Shown here in pieces: positions 63,485 to 64,000 of a DNA stretch of 64,000 nt (the first letter of the stretch is position 1; each line of letters starts with the position of its first letter). The position numbers were made by a program, and so were the translations under genes. The stretch is from Podarcis vaucheri (taxonomy: Eukaryota). The stretch lies in the NCBI GenBank assembly GCA_965113315.1, contig OZ220365.1. One strand, given 5' to 3'. The notes beneath the pieces are model-generated. The model made no database searches and had not been told where the DNA came from. It was given only the letters and a program-made list of their open reading frames with translations.

Positions 63485-64000
63485 AAGAGGGAAATCTTAC
63501 TGCAGGAACAAGGAACTTGTAGCTCCCCCCCCCCGAGGTTGCTAACTACCATTATCCCTTGCCAAGATGGCTAGAATTGATGGGGACTTCAACAATATCT
63601 GTTGGGCAACACATTCCAACATGCCTATCTTATTGTGATCCACTAAAGGGTTGCAAAATTAAGAGGCTACCCCTACACTTTCCTGTCCAGGTGAGTAGGT
63701 GAAACAGGTTGAAAGCTTGAACTGGGGCTTGATCTACACCAGACTCAATTTGCACCTAGGTTACATTAATTATTATTATTATTAATTATTGTTATTATTA
63801 TACCACCCTACCTTTTCCTCTGACAGGGAGTCAAGACAACTTACAGATAAAAACGAGAACCACTAAAAACAATGAAACATGGATAGAATTAAAACTATAT
63901 ATATAAATACACACATGTGTATCTCCAGGCACCAGAAAAAGTAGGAGGGGAGGGGAAGAGAGAAAGTGAGTTATCTTCTTGTGTCCTCCATGTTCTGCCA

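Noticed and set aside
1-64000. CRISPR arrays, operons or other prokaryotic systems
   Set aside because: Vertebrate genomic DNA; no regularly spaced direct repeats or dense long ORFs

Overview
This is vertebrate non-coding DNA from a squamate, most likely a lacertid lizard, judged from Sauria and Squam3-type SINEs plus BovB, CR1 and L2 LINE fragments. I found no recognisable host protein-coding gene, so it is probably a gene desert or a very large intron. Repeat-free, enhancer-like blocks alternate with many transposon remnants. Main observations: (1) two young, CpG-rich solo LTRs with TG...CA ends and perfect 5-bp TSDs (20900-21334 +, 39964-40720 -). In both, an open frame starts at LTR base 2, fills most of the LTR, and ends in a shared Arg-rich...[LV]L[CS]W motif. 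(2) Two copies of one hAT MITE family, one carrying about 230 bp of CpG-island/5'-exon-like cargo. (3) A dense TGACA (MEIS/TALE) site cluster at about 49.2-49.6 kb. (4) A decayed Ngaro/DIRS-like element. (5) A head-to-head BovB chimera. Repeat family names come from recalled consensus features, not database searches.
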